Positions 1 through 11,756 of a DNA stretch of 64,000 nt are shown one piece after another. The translations under genes were made by a program, and so were the position numbers. The notes below the pieces were generated by a model, which did not search any database, was not told the origin of the DNA, and saw only the letters and a program-made list of their open reading frames with translations. Source of the stretch: Eledone cirrhosa (lineage: Eukaryota); contig OZ024744.1 in the NCBI GenBank assembly GCA_964016885.1, forward strand, positions 117,552,001-117,616,000. Direction: 5' to 3'. The stretch's first letter is position 1. The number at the start of each line of letters is the position of its first letter.

Positions 1-592
1 AAGATGTAGCGGGATCACAGGTAAGCTATCTAAGAACGTAGATTTTATATGTGGCCGGTAATGAGGTGCAATAAGTAGCAAGTGCCCACAGAATACTAGC
101 TTCTTCTATTGCCCAGATGGTTCTATAGAAATAGTGGACAGCTTCCGTTACCTGGGTGACAAAATCAGCAATGGTGGAGGGTGCTCTGAAAGTACAGTAG
201 CTAGAGTCAGAACGGGATGGAAAAAGTTCAGAGAGCTTATACCACTATTGGCCGCTAAAGGTTTCTTTCTAAAAATAAAAGGCAGACTGTATGAAGCTTG
301 CATAAGAACAGCTATGTTCCATGGCAGTGAAACCTGGGCATTGTGTGCAGAGGATCTGCACAGACTGGAGAGGAACGAAGCTTGCATGCTCCGTTGGATG
401 TGTAATAGTAATATACGTGAACAGCAAAGCATAAATGAACTAAGTGAGAAAGTAGGTATAAGAGGGATCAGATGCTGTTTACTCGAGAGAAGACTACGTT
501 GGTATGGTCACGTGATGCGCATGAAAGACGACAGCTGTATAAAAAAGTGCAGGGCGATCAAAATTGACGGAAGTTACGGAGTAGGCAGACCC
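1..592 (+). mobile_element. RTE-clade LINE fragment (C-terminal RT/thumb region), degenerate, cut off by the adjacent Penelope-like element
   Basis: ORF 134-595: FRYLG...ARVRTGWKKF...MFHGSETW...RRLRWYGHVMR...GRP, typical of the RTE ORF C-terminus. Upstream stop. Near-identical to 14212-14790. Confidence 0.9.
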
Positions 593-1599
593 TAAGAAGA
601 CAGGTAGATGATACTTTGGTTCGTGGAAATGTTCCCTGGCAATGAACGGAAAAAATATGAAGATAATACGTCATTATTTGGAGCGGTGAGAACAATTACA
701 TGCCAAGACAAAACCACATTTATGGTATAAATGAAGTCTTGGGCTAATATTCTATTTAGGTGGTTCGTGTAGACGTTACCTGGCAATGAACGGAAAAAAC
801 AAAGATAATACGTCGTTATGTGGAGCGACGAGAACAGTTACACGCAAAGACAAAACCACGTTTATGGTATAACTGAAGTCGTAGACTAAAATTCTATTTA
901 GGAAACCAAATGATTCTCGGTTTCAGAGTTATGAATAATGTAAATTAATTACTGAGGTTATTGAAACAACAATAATTAAATATATACATGCACGCATCCA
1001 TATACGTACATACACATGCATATGCGAAAACACCCACCATGGTATGCATATACAAGCACGTACACAAAACCACACGCACACATACAAAAACACCTGCAAC
1101 ACCTGTACCCGTACACATACGAATGTATACACCAAATACACATAAAAATATATATTAAAAAAGAAAAAAAAAAAATATATATACATATATGTGTGTGTGC
1201 GCGTATACATATAATCATATAAACGTATATAAATATACACACATAAATACGTATATAATGCGCACACACACACACCTACATGTAAATACACATGTTCGCT
1301 ATACGTACGTCAACCAAAACACAAAGTACACATATACACACCCTACATACGTGAAAACTCGCATACACACACAAACGCAAAATACACGTATACACATAAC
1401 CATATACACATGTACCTGTATATATAATATAATATATACACTCATAACAAATACAAGGAAATATACATACGAGTAAGTATACCTACCTTCACAAAACATA
1501 CAGGTAATATATACTTACCTATACAAATAAGTAATCGTATAAACATAAAATATACTTAGCTACCACATCAAGACGGAAAATATCCGCGTATAGTTCGTA

Positions 1600-2059
1600 C
1601 TATCCGTTAGGGTATAATGTGGGGCTGTAATACAGGAAGGTTTTGTGCAATTTATGTTTACAAGCCAAAATTGCCTCAGATTCTTTGTTTAAGATGTGGT
1701 CATTGGTGTAGAGTATTTCCAGGGCTTCAGTGGCGCAGAGGTCACATGGTCTTTTATTTCCGTTATACGATCTAGCAAGGATCTCCCAGTGTAACCTATA
1801 TTGGGTGTGGTGGTCTTTTAGACTCCTGATATAAGCTGAAAGTGACGTCATGTTCCTTCTTAAAGGGTTAAGAAAAGAATGGGTTTGCATGTAAAGATGC
1901 TGCTTGAATCTATTGGCGGTTAACCCTATGTAGGCCCTACGGGACGTGGGTGTTTCAACCTTACATTTGTAGACAATGTTACTGGAGAGGCATTTCCCGG
2001 ATAAGGGACAGTCAACCCGATTCCTACAATTACAGTTAGTACTAGTTACAGGGTTGCAC
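1600..2059 (-). pseudogene. GIY-YIG endonuclease domain of the Penelope-like element (inverted arm)
   Basis: CNCRNRVDCPLSGKC (CxCx5Cx5C) followed by NIVYKC...AYIGLT..RFKQ...HSF...WEIL...CDLCATE...ILNK...CKH. Confidence 0.88.
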
Positions 2060-2060
2060 C

Positions 2061-4010
2061 ATACCCGTACCAAGCAGGAAGACATACCTAAAACTCTTGA
2101 TACAGAAAACAGACTCGTTTATTAAAAGGTTACATTGGCGTGCCTTTTATTTCGATAATCAGGAAAAAGCGGACAATAAACAGGATAAATTTGGGTTTAA
2201 AACCTATAATAACCCTCCGAGTAACCCAGCGCTGCTACCCTTCGAAAATGATGTCCTGGAACTCATATGAAGTATCAAATTTCGGAATAGGAACAATTCC
2301 TTCCAGCAGGACCTGAAGAATAGAATTCGTTCTATTAAGGATTCTAATGCCATGCACGTCCATTCCGACAGAACTGGCAACCTATATCAAGTAGAGCGCA
2401 GTACTTACCATCAACTGCTACATAATGCTGTAACTTAGGATTACCATAAAACTAATTAATGACATCAACGATGCTGGGTTTAAAATCACATCTGATCTCA
2501 AGAACCAGGACCGGACTGAAACTCTGGACCTTATTTCTCCCCACTTTACCCAGAAGGATCACAAATCCAATTTTCCGAACAACCCCTCTATTTGGCTTAT
2601 TAACCCTACGAAGTCCGATTTAGGTGAACTTAATAAAAGGATTTTAGATAGAATTATACCTGAAATTAGAAGTTTGGCCCCTCTTGCACTGTGGAACAAT
2701 TCTTTCGCGGTGATTGATTGGTTCAACGGCATATGCAACAAGGAACATTGCCGTTTTATCCAATTCGACATCAACAATTACTACTCCTCTATCACTTTAC
2801 CACTCCTTCTCAGAGCTATCAATTTTGCTAAAACACTCACAGTGGTTAAGGATTTCGAAGTTGATGTCATCCTCAATGCCCGTAAGTCGGTGATTAATTT
2901 CGACGACTCTATTTGGATTAAATATCTAATAGTACTCCATTCGATGTGAGTATGGGCGCGAGCGATTCTGCGAAGGTTACTGATCTTATTGGCCTTTTCC
3001 TTCTTTTTTCTATCAAGGAAGAATTCCCCAACGTGGGCGGTGGTTTGTACCGTAATGATGGTCTTTTGACCATGACTAAGTGCGGCCCACGCGCTTGCGA
3101 CAGGTTCAGAAAAGAACTCAGTCTTCTTTAAAGGCTTCAACCTCTCTATACAGGTTGAGGCCAACCTCTCGGTCGTTAATTACCTTGACGTTACCCTCAA
3201 TTTGTCGAATGGCTTGCACTACCCATATAGAAAGCTGAATGATACGCTTAATTACATAAGTAAGCATTCTAACCATCCTGCCAGCATAAACAAGAACCTG
3301 GTAAGAAACGTTTCTTTGAGGCTTTCCCGTCTATCTACAAACGAGCATATTTTCACTGACCATTCCACATATTACAATGAAGCTCTTGCTTGGAGTGGAT
3401 TTGTCGATAAAGTAGCATATACAGAGTATGAGAATAGACCTAGAAGAAATAGATCCCGACGCATTATATGGTATAACCCACCATATAATATGGAGGTGGC
3501 TACATCATTAGCTAAGAACTTTCTCTCCCTTATTTAGAACCATTTCCCCCCAGCGCATAAATGTAATAAAATTTTTAATAGAAATACCATTAAAATTTCT
3601 TACTCTACGACTCCTAACCTTGCACATAACATCACAGCTTCAAATTTAGCTAAACTACCTAGCCGTAGGAACACGTGCAACCCTGTAGCTAGTACTAACT
3701 GTAATTGTAGGAATCGGGTTGACTGCCCTCTATCCGGGAAATGCCTCTCCAGTAACATTGTCTACAAATGTAAGGTTGTAACACCCACGTCCCGTAGGGC
3801 CTACATAGGGTTAACCGCCAATAGATTCAAGCAGCGTCTTTACATGCAAACCCATTCTTTTCTTAACCCTTTAAGAAGGAATATGATGTCACTTTCAGCT
3901 TATATCAGGAGTCTAAAAGACCATCACACCCAATATAGGTTACACTGGGAGATCCTTGCTAGATTGTATAACGGAAATAAAAGACCATGTGACCTCTGTA
4001 ATGGATAGTA
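2061..4010 (+). pseudogene. Penelope-like RT-GIY-YIG ORF, disrupted
   Basis: Motifs IPVPSRKTY..LI.K...F.KRL.WRA, KDHK, LINP.KS, QFDINNYYSSI (A), MGASDSA (B), LYRNDGL (C, with D->N), YLDVTLNL (E), PYRK and IIWYNPPY, then zinc finger and GIY-YIG. Multiple stops and frameshifts, plus a ~125-bp deletion near 3999 relative to the inverted arm. Confidence 0.88.
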
Positions 4011-5720
4011 CGAACTATACGCAGATAATTTCCGTCTTGATGTGATAGCTAAGTATATTTTATGTTTATACAATTACTTATTTGTATAGGTAAGTATATA
4101 TTACCTGTATGTTTTGTGAAGGTAGGTATATTTTCTCGTATGTATATTTGCTTGTATTTGTTATAAGTGTATATATTATATATACAGGTACATGTGTATA
4201 TGGTTATGTGTATACATGTATTTTGCGTTTGTGTGTGTATGCGGGTTTGCACGTATGTAGGGTGTGTATATGTGTACTTTGTGTTTTGGTTGATGTACGT
4301 ATAGGGAACATGTGTATTTATCTGTAGGTGTGTGTGTGCACGCATTATATACGTATTTGTGTGTGTATATTTATATACGTTTATATGATTCGCGCACACA
4401 CACACATATATATATATATATTTTTTATATATATTTTTATGTGTATTTGGTGTATACATTCGTATGTGTGCGGGTACAGGTGTTGCAGGTGTTTTTGTAT
4501 GTGTGCGCGTGGTTTTGTGTACGTGCTTGTATATGCATACCATGGTGGGTGTTTTCGCATATGCATGTGTATGTACGTATATGGATGCGTGCATGTATAT
4601 ATTTAATTATTGTTGTTTCAATAACCCCTGTAATTTATTTACATTATTCATAACTCTGAAACCGAGAATCATTTGGTTTCCTAAATAGAATTTTAGTCTA
4701 CGACTTCAGTTATACCATAAACGTGGTTTTGTCTTTGCGTGTAACTGTTCTCGTCGCTCCACAAAATGACGTATTATCTTCGCTTTTTCCGTTCATTGCC
4801 AGGTAACGTCTACACGAACCACCTAAATAGAATATTAGCCCAAGACTTCATTTATACCATAAATGTGGTTTTGTCTTGGCATGTAATTGTTCTCTCTGCT
4901 CCAAATAGTGACGTATTATCTTCGCTTTTGTTCCGTTCATTGCCAGGGAACGTCTCCACGAACCAAAGTATCGTCTTCTTGTCTTTCTTCGATTGCAACG
5001 TTTTTCGAAATATTTACTTCTGCGTTCACAGATTGATTTTTTTAGCTTCAGAAGATCCCGTTAAGGGTGAAAGCAGCGATTCTTTGCTTAAACTTTAATC
5101 TGTTATTTTAATAAATATTTTCTCTAGGGTTCTTATATATTTATTATAATATATATATATATATATTATATATATATAATATATATATGTATATATAATA
5201 TATATATATATTTATATATATATATATTATATATGATATATATATATTAAATATAAGTATGTACACGTACATACATATATGTATACAGACGTACAGTAGT
5301 ATGTATATATATATTTACATACATGCACACATATATATATGAACGTATGGATTCACCGAACATTTATTATAATGCTCGGTGTGTTTGTAAACAAACATCC
5401 CGTATTAAGCTGTAGTGTCCAGCAACCATCGTTGCTCGTTTGTTCAACACTGACAAAGGAACGCTGTACTAGTTCCAAGCTTATTAGCTATCGTCAGCAA
5501 CGAATACCTTCCTGCCAGATTGTTGAACGTATATACTTACCTTATGCATGTTAACGGCTGAGTAGCCCAATTTCCATATCGAGTGGGTTAATCGGCCGGG
5601 TCACCGAAAACGATATATATATATATATATAATATATATAACGAATGAAATGTGGTAAGGAACCAGGTGGACCATAACGCACCAAAGTACTCAATACTTA
5701 GGGTAGTAGAGTGGGTAATA

Positions 5721-5830
5721 GGAACAAGTAAGACCCCGATGGCTGAGCTCAAGCCGTTTCGACAGCTAATTCTGGACAGAATTAGCCGTCGAAACGGCTT
5801 GAGCTCAGCCGTCGGGGTCTTACTTGTTCC
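5721..5830. repeat. Near-perfect 110-bp fold-back palindrome (54-bp arms)
   Basis: 5721-5774 is the reverse complement of 5777-5830 with 2 mismatches. Confidence 0.95.
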
Positions 5831-5831
5831 C

Positions 5832-5847
5832 ATATAATATATATATA

Positions 5848-5943
<96 letters not shown>

Positions 5944-5988
5944 ATATATATTATATATATATATATATATTATTATATATATATATAT

Positions 5989-6022
<34 letters not shown>

Positions 6023-6038
6023 ATATATATATAATATA

Positions 6039-6082
<44 letters not shown>

Positions 6083-6085
6083 ATA

Positions 6086-6128
<43 letters not shown>

Positions 6129-6132
6129 ATAT

Positions 6133-6187
<55 letters not shown>

Positions 6188-6235
6188 CTATATATTATAT
6201 ATATTATATATATTATATATAATATATATATATAT

Positions 6236-6298
<63 letters not shown>

Positions 6299-6402
6299 AT
6301 ATATATATATATATATTATATATAAATATATATATATATATATATTATATATAATATATATATATATTATATATAATATATATATATATATATTATATAT
6401 AT

Positions 6403-6444
<42 letters not shown>

Positions 6445-6454
6445 ATATATATAT

Positions 6455-6496
<42 letters not shown>

Positions 6497-7082
6497 ATAT
6501 ATATTATATATAATATATATATATTATATATATATATATTATATATAATATATATATATATATATATATTATATATAATATATATATATATATTATATAT
6601 AATATATATATATATATTATATATAATATATATTATATATATATATTATATATAATATATATATATATATTATATATAATATATATTATATATATATAAT
6701 ATATATATATTATATATAATATATATATATTATATATAATATATATTATATATATATATTATATATATATATATATTATATATAATATATATATATTATA
6801 TATAATATATATTATATATATATATTATATATATATATATATTATATATAATATTTATATATTATATATAATATTTATATATTATATATAATATTTATAT
6901 ATTATATATATATATATTATATATAATATATATATTATATAATATATATATATATATAATATATAATATAATAATATAATATAATATATATATATAATAT
7001 ATATATAATATGATGATGATGATGATATATATATAATATATATATAATATGATGATGATGATGATATATATATAATATATAT
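5832..7082. repeat. Long degenerate (TA)n microsatellite, ending in short (GAT)n runs
   Basis: About 1.2 kb composed almost entirely of A and T. Similar tracts at 5135-5260, 8881-9465, 9755-9800 and 11236-11510. Confidence 0.97.
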
Positions 7083-8882
7083 ATCATCATCATCATCATC
7101 AACGTTTAACGTCCGTGTTCCACGCTTGCATGGGTTTGGACGGGGGTATTCCCACTTGAGGCAAGAGTGATTGTGTTGCTCGCATAGGACTGTCTGGCAG
7201 GTTTTCTACAGTTGGATGCCCTTCCTAACACCAACCACATTTACAGTGTGGGGCTTGGAGGTTTTTACCGTGTTGCCTACACGGCCACATTACAGCGTGG
7301 ACTGTGTGTTTTTTTGTCGCGACACCTACACAATCTCATTTGTTTCGGCCTGGATGGCGTGGCACCAACATAACTTTACATAGAAGGGGGTGGTGTGGAT
7401 GGGGTGGGGGTGGTGGGACGGGGTGTATTTTGTTAGAGATGCCTACTGGCTGTAGTAGGTTTTACTATGTATTTAGGTAAGGCGGGTCTTCTCTGTTACT
7501 GAGTACCGCCAAAGGTCTCGGTCCAGTGACATTGTCTTGGAGAGGTGTAAGTGTGTGAGGTCGGAGTTTATCAGCTCGTCCCAGGTTTTTCTAGGTCTGC
7601 CTATTCCGTGGCTACCGTCCATCTTTATTGCTCTGCACTTTGTTATACAGCTATCGACTTTCATGCGCATCACGTGTCCATACCAACGTAGCCTTCTCTC
7701 GAGTAAACAACATCTGATCCCTCTTATTTCTAATTTTTTCCTTAGTTCGTTTATGCTTTGCCGTTCACGTATATTACTGTTACACATCCAGCGGAGCATG
7801 CAAGGTTCGTTCCTCTCTAGTCTGCGTATATCCTCTGCACACAATGCCCAGGTCTCACTGCCATGCAACATTGCTGTTCGTATGCAGGCATCATACAACC
7901 TGCCTTTCATTTTTAGGGAGAACCCTTTAGCAGCTAATAGTGGTATAAGCTTTCTGAACTTTTTCCATCCAGTTCTGACTCTAGCTACTGTACTTTCAGA
8001 GCACCCTCCCCCACTGCTGATTTTGTCACCCAGGTAACGGAAGCTGTCCCCTATTTCTATAGAGCCCTCTGCGCAGTTGTAAGAGCTAGTATTTTGTGGG
8101 CACTGCTGCTACTTATTGCACCAGAGCACCGGCCACATGTAAAATCTATGTTCTTAGTTAGCTTACCTGTGATCCCACTACATCTTTTATGCACCCATAC
8201 TTTGCATTTGGGACATAAAATGGAGTTTCTACCTATGCCTTTCCTACACACTGAGCATGGCCATTTCCCAGAAGGGACCGCCCCTTATTTTCTTTCCTAC
8301 AAACTAGAACTTTTGTCTTAGCCAGGTTAATTTTAAGGCCTTTTGATTCTAGGCCGTGCTTCCATGTTTGGAATTTCTTCTCTAGCTCGGCCATTGATTC
8401 AGCTATGAGTGTCAGGTCGTCTGCGTATAGGAGTTCCCATGGGCAGCCGGTCTTGAACTCCTCTGTTATAGCCTGAAGGGCAATAATAAATAGTAGGGGG
8501 CTGAGAACAGAGCCCTGATGGACGCCAACTTTTACGCTAAACTCTTCACTATATTCGTTGTTAATTCTAACCTTGCTGACTGTTTCTTTATACATGGCTT
8601 GTATAGCTTTCACAAGCCATTCGTCAACACCTAGTTTTCTAAGAGCCCACCAGATAATGGAACGGGGGACTCTGTCGAAGGCTTTCTCCAAGTCGACAAA
8701 AGCTAAGTAGAGGGGTTTACCTTTAGCTAGGTACTTCTCCTGTAGTTGTCGTACAATGAAAAGAGCGTCTGTGGTACTTTTGCCTGACACAAACCCGAAC
8801 TGCATTTCATCTAGGTCAATTCTCTCTCTGATTAGTTGCGCTATTACTTTTTCCGTGACCTTCATGACCTGGTCGATTAGTT
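7083..8882 (-). mobile_element. 5'-truncated RTE LINE (RT, PHD-type finger, thumb, 3' UTR, (GAT)n tail)
   Basis: ORFs 8233-8865 (QFGF, FVDLEKAFDRV, GVHQGSVLSP, YADD), 8057-8251 and 7473-7910. 3' end ...GGACGTTAAACG(ATG)n. Flanked by TA tracts. Confidence 0.93.
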
Positions 8883-9402
8883 TATATATATAATATATAT
8901 ATATATTATATATATATAATATATATATATATATTATATATATATATATATTATATATATATAATATATATATATAGTATATATATATATATAGGATATA
9001 TATATATATATATATTGTATATATATATATATAGGATATATATATATAGTGTATATATATATATAGTGTATATATATATATAGTATATATATATAGTGTA
9101 TATATATATATAGTATATATATATAGTATATATATATATATATAGTATATATATATATAGTATATATATATATATACTATATATATATATATATACTATA
9201 TATATATATATATACTATATATATATATATATACTATATATATATATATATAATATATATATATATATAGTATATATATATATATATATATATTTAGTAT
9301 ATATATATATATAGTATATATATATATAGTATATATATATAGTATATATATATATATATATAGTATATATATATATATATATATATATAGTATATATATA
9401 TA

Positions 9403-9465
<63 letters not shown>
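8881..9465. repeat. (TA)n/(TAG TA)n microsatellite
   Basis: Direct inspection. Confidence 0.95.
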
Positions 9466-9467
<2 letters not shown>

Positions 9468-9645
9468 ATTTAGGTTTGAAGGTTCACCACTGGATAGAAC
9501 TGGTCAATTCCGTATGGTCAATCTTGATGTAATAATATTGAGGGCGACCGTCTAAAGTGGAAGATGCTAGATGGTTGGTCGTCCTCGGGTCTATGATTTT
9601 CAGCCCCATGGATTTTATCTATTACATTCATTTATTATATTTCGA

Positions 9646-9703
9646 ATACCTGATGATATCACCAGATTCATACGGAACCTGGTCATTGAAATGATCATAG
9701 TAT
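9646..9703 (+). ncRNA. Minimal type I hammerhead ribozyme motif, within a probable Penelope pseudo-LTR remnant (~9470-9750)
   Basis: ATAC-CTGATGA-[stem II ACCAG...CTGGT]-GAAA-T GATC A-TA-GTAT. Core intact, palindromic stem III, stem I ATAC/GTAT, followed by AATAAA. Confidence 0.75.
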
Positions 9704-9756
9704 AATAAACCTTTCAAGGATTTACACAAGTCCAGCCTCCTGTTATTTTATTATAT

Positions 9757-9799
<43 letters not shown>

Positions 9800-9802
<3 letters not shown>

Positions 9803-9920
9803 CTGAGTTCAAATCCTGCCGAGGTCAACTTTGCCTTTCATCCTTACAGGGTCGATAAAATAAAGTACCAGTAATGTACTGGGTAATTGCTGGCCTTGTG
9901 CCAAAAGTAGAAACAATTAT
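9800..9920 (+). mobile_element. tRNA-derived SINE, 5'-truncated
   Basis: B box GAGTTCAAATCC, central GCCTTTCATCC...GGGTCGATAAA..AGTACCAG and tail GGCCTTGTGCCAAAAGTAGAAAC. Same family as 12885-13063. Confidence 0.85.
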
Positions 9921-9936
9921 ATAATATATATATATA

Positions 9937-11225
9937 TTATGTAATATTTGACACTATTGTGGCTAGTAGCAGTACATTTGTATATAACATTTCTAGTTAG
10001 GCATTGGCCCCGGAGTGGAGAGTTAGCAGGGTCATGGACAGGCGGTTGTTAGTAGCCCCTGCAATACAATTATTAATATTATTATTATTATCAAGACAAC
10101 GGCTTCCATTGTTGTCGTTAGTATTACAAAAGCTAAGGACGCACAGGGTAGTACCATGTGTTCGCCATATGTTACTGCGCCTTCTAATGTGTCAATAGTG
10201 TCAAATATTACATAGGGGCCACTTCTGGGTCGTTCAAGACTAGATTTCGAGCGCATCTTCACTCTTTTAGGAATAGGAAGCTAAGGCTCTCTATATCCCT
10301 CGCTAATTACATCACCCGTTTAAACGACACTAGCACCAGCTCCTCCACTTATTGGGAAATTGTCAACCAGGCAACACCCTACAACTTCAGGAAAAACTGC
10401 CACCTCTGTCTCATGGAGCTTTACTATATCGTACAAGCGCCCCCTGATCTCATCAACAGTCAAGCCGAAACAGTCATGAATTTTGGCCATAGACTACAAC
10501 AATCGTTCTACAGATGGGCCCCGGATAATACCCAAACACCATAGCACCAGGGCATTTTACACCGCGCCCTGGCTTGTCTTAAAACGGTGGGCTATAAATT
10601 AAACATCTGTGAACAATACTATTATCCAGCCCCCGTCATCCCTCAAGGGTGTTGCACTACATGCGTCCAGACCTAATTGCCCCGTCGTATTCCTCCACAC
10701 CAATGGAATAAATCTTGAGTATCTCTGCAGGATTGATGCTTGTTCCATTTAAACACCATGGGTGTATAATCATGTGATTGTGCAGGGCCTGACGTTTAAA
10801 CCTTTGTTGAAATTGCAGCCTCAAACTAACTTAAACCGGTACATAAGTTTCACCAACCATAATATTATTGAACACTCACATTCATACCTTAACTGTGCCT
10901 CTGCAAACTGGCTTGACAAAGCATAATTAAATTAGCACATAGTAAATAGACTTAGGGGAATAAATAAATATTTTATAATAGTGGAAATGAATTTTAGCAG
11001 ATAATTCCAAAATGGCACCGGCATTACCCCACTTTGTTCACAAACATAAGCATCTAACTTTGTAACACCGAGATATGAATTTCGATGTTAAAATCGTACA
11101 CATAGCCATTCAGGGTTCCTAATTAAACCCTTTACTTTCCTCTGAGCCTCTGAGTAGCCCAACTTGGGCGTAACATGTGTAAGAGCTTCTTATAAATATA
11201 TTTTAACGGTCTGCTTCCCTTTCTT
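9937..11225 (+). mobile_element. Penelope-like element 3' fragment (GIY-YIG plus pseudo-LTR) with inverted 5' segment
   Basis: The - strand of 9937-10035 reads SPLRGQCLTRNVIYKC...KYYI. The + strand from 10203 reads KYYIGATSGSFKTRF..HSFRN...WEIV...CHLCLME. A 22-bp inverted duplication (9938-9959/10193-10214) marks the breakpoints. Confidence 0.82.
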
Positions 11226-11250
11226 CAATTTCTTCGATTATATATAATAT

Positions 11251-11284
<34 letters not shown>

Positions 11285-11297
11285 ATATATATATATA

Positions 11298-11328
<31 letters not shown>

Positions 11329-11756
11329 TATATAATATATATATATATATTATATATATATATATATAATATATATATATATATATTATATATATATATA
11401 TATTATATATCATATATATATAATATATATATAATATATATATAATATATAATATATTATATATATAATATATATATAATATATAATATATTATATATAA
11501 TATATATATGTGTGTGTGTGTGTATATAACCTATGTTAGATTGGAAAAATGTACCTTAAACGGTGATGATGATAAATATATATACACTCACAAAGGAACA
11601 TATATATATGTATATACATAAGTGTATAGATGTAAGAAGCAACCATAAAAGGATAACTTGTTAATAACTTCAATATTCTAAGAGATTGTATTACTATGGG
11701 AGAAATTCTGTTCAGAATATAGAATTTTAGTCAAATTTGAGGGCTTATATATCTTC

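Larger units (their letters stand above)
595..5120 (+). mobile_element. Penelope-like retroelement (RT plus C-terminal GIY-YIG), with an inverted duplicate of its 3' part at the 5' side
   Basis: 595-2059 is the reverse complement of ~3675-4990. The spacer holds disrupted PLE RT motifs. The 3' region is TG/TA-rich pseudo-LTR sequence with an internal tandem duplication. Confidence 0.9.

Noticed and set aside
2061-4010. Selenocysteine read-through in the PLE ORF
   Set aside because: Zinc-finger cysteines are ordinary TGT/TGC. Stops include TAA/TAG and frameshifts, which indicates decay.
929-6222. Tyr/Ile/Cys/Val-rich ORFs (929-1499, 4049-4688, 5824-6222)
   Set aside because: Translations of TA/TG microsatellite-like sequence.
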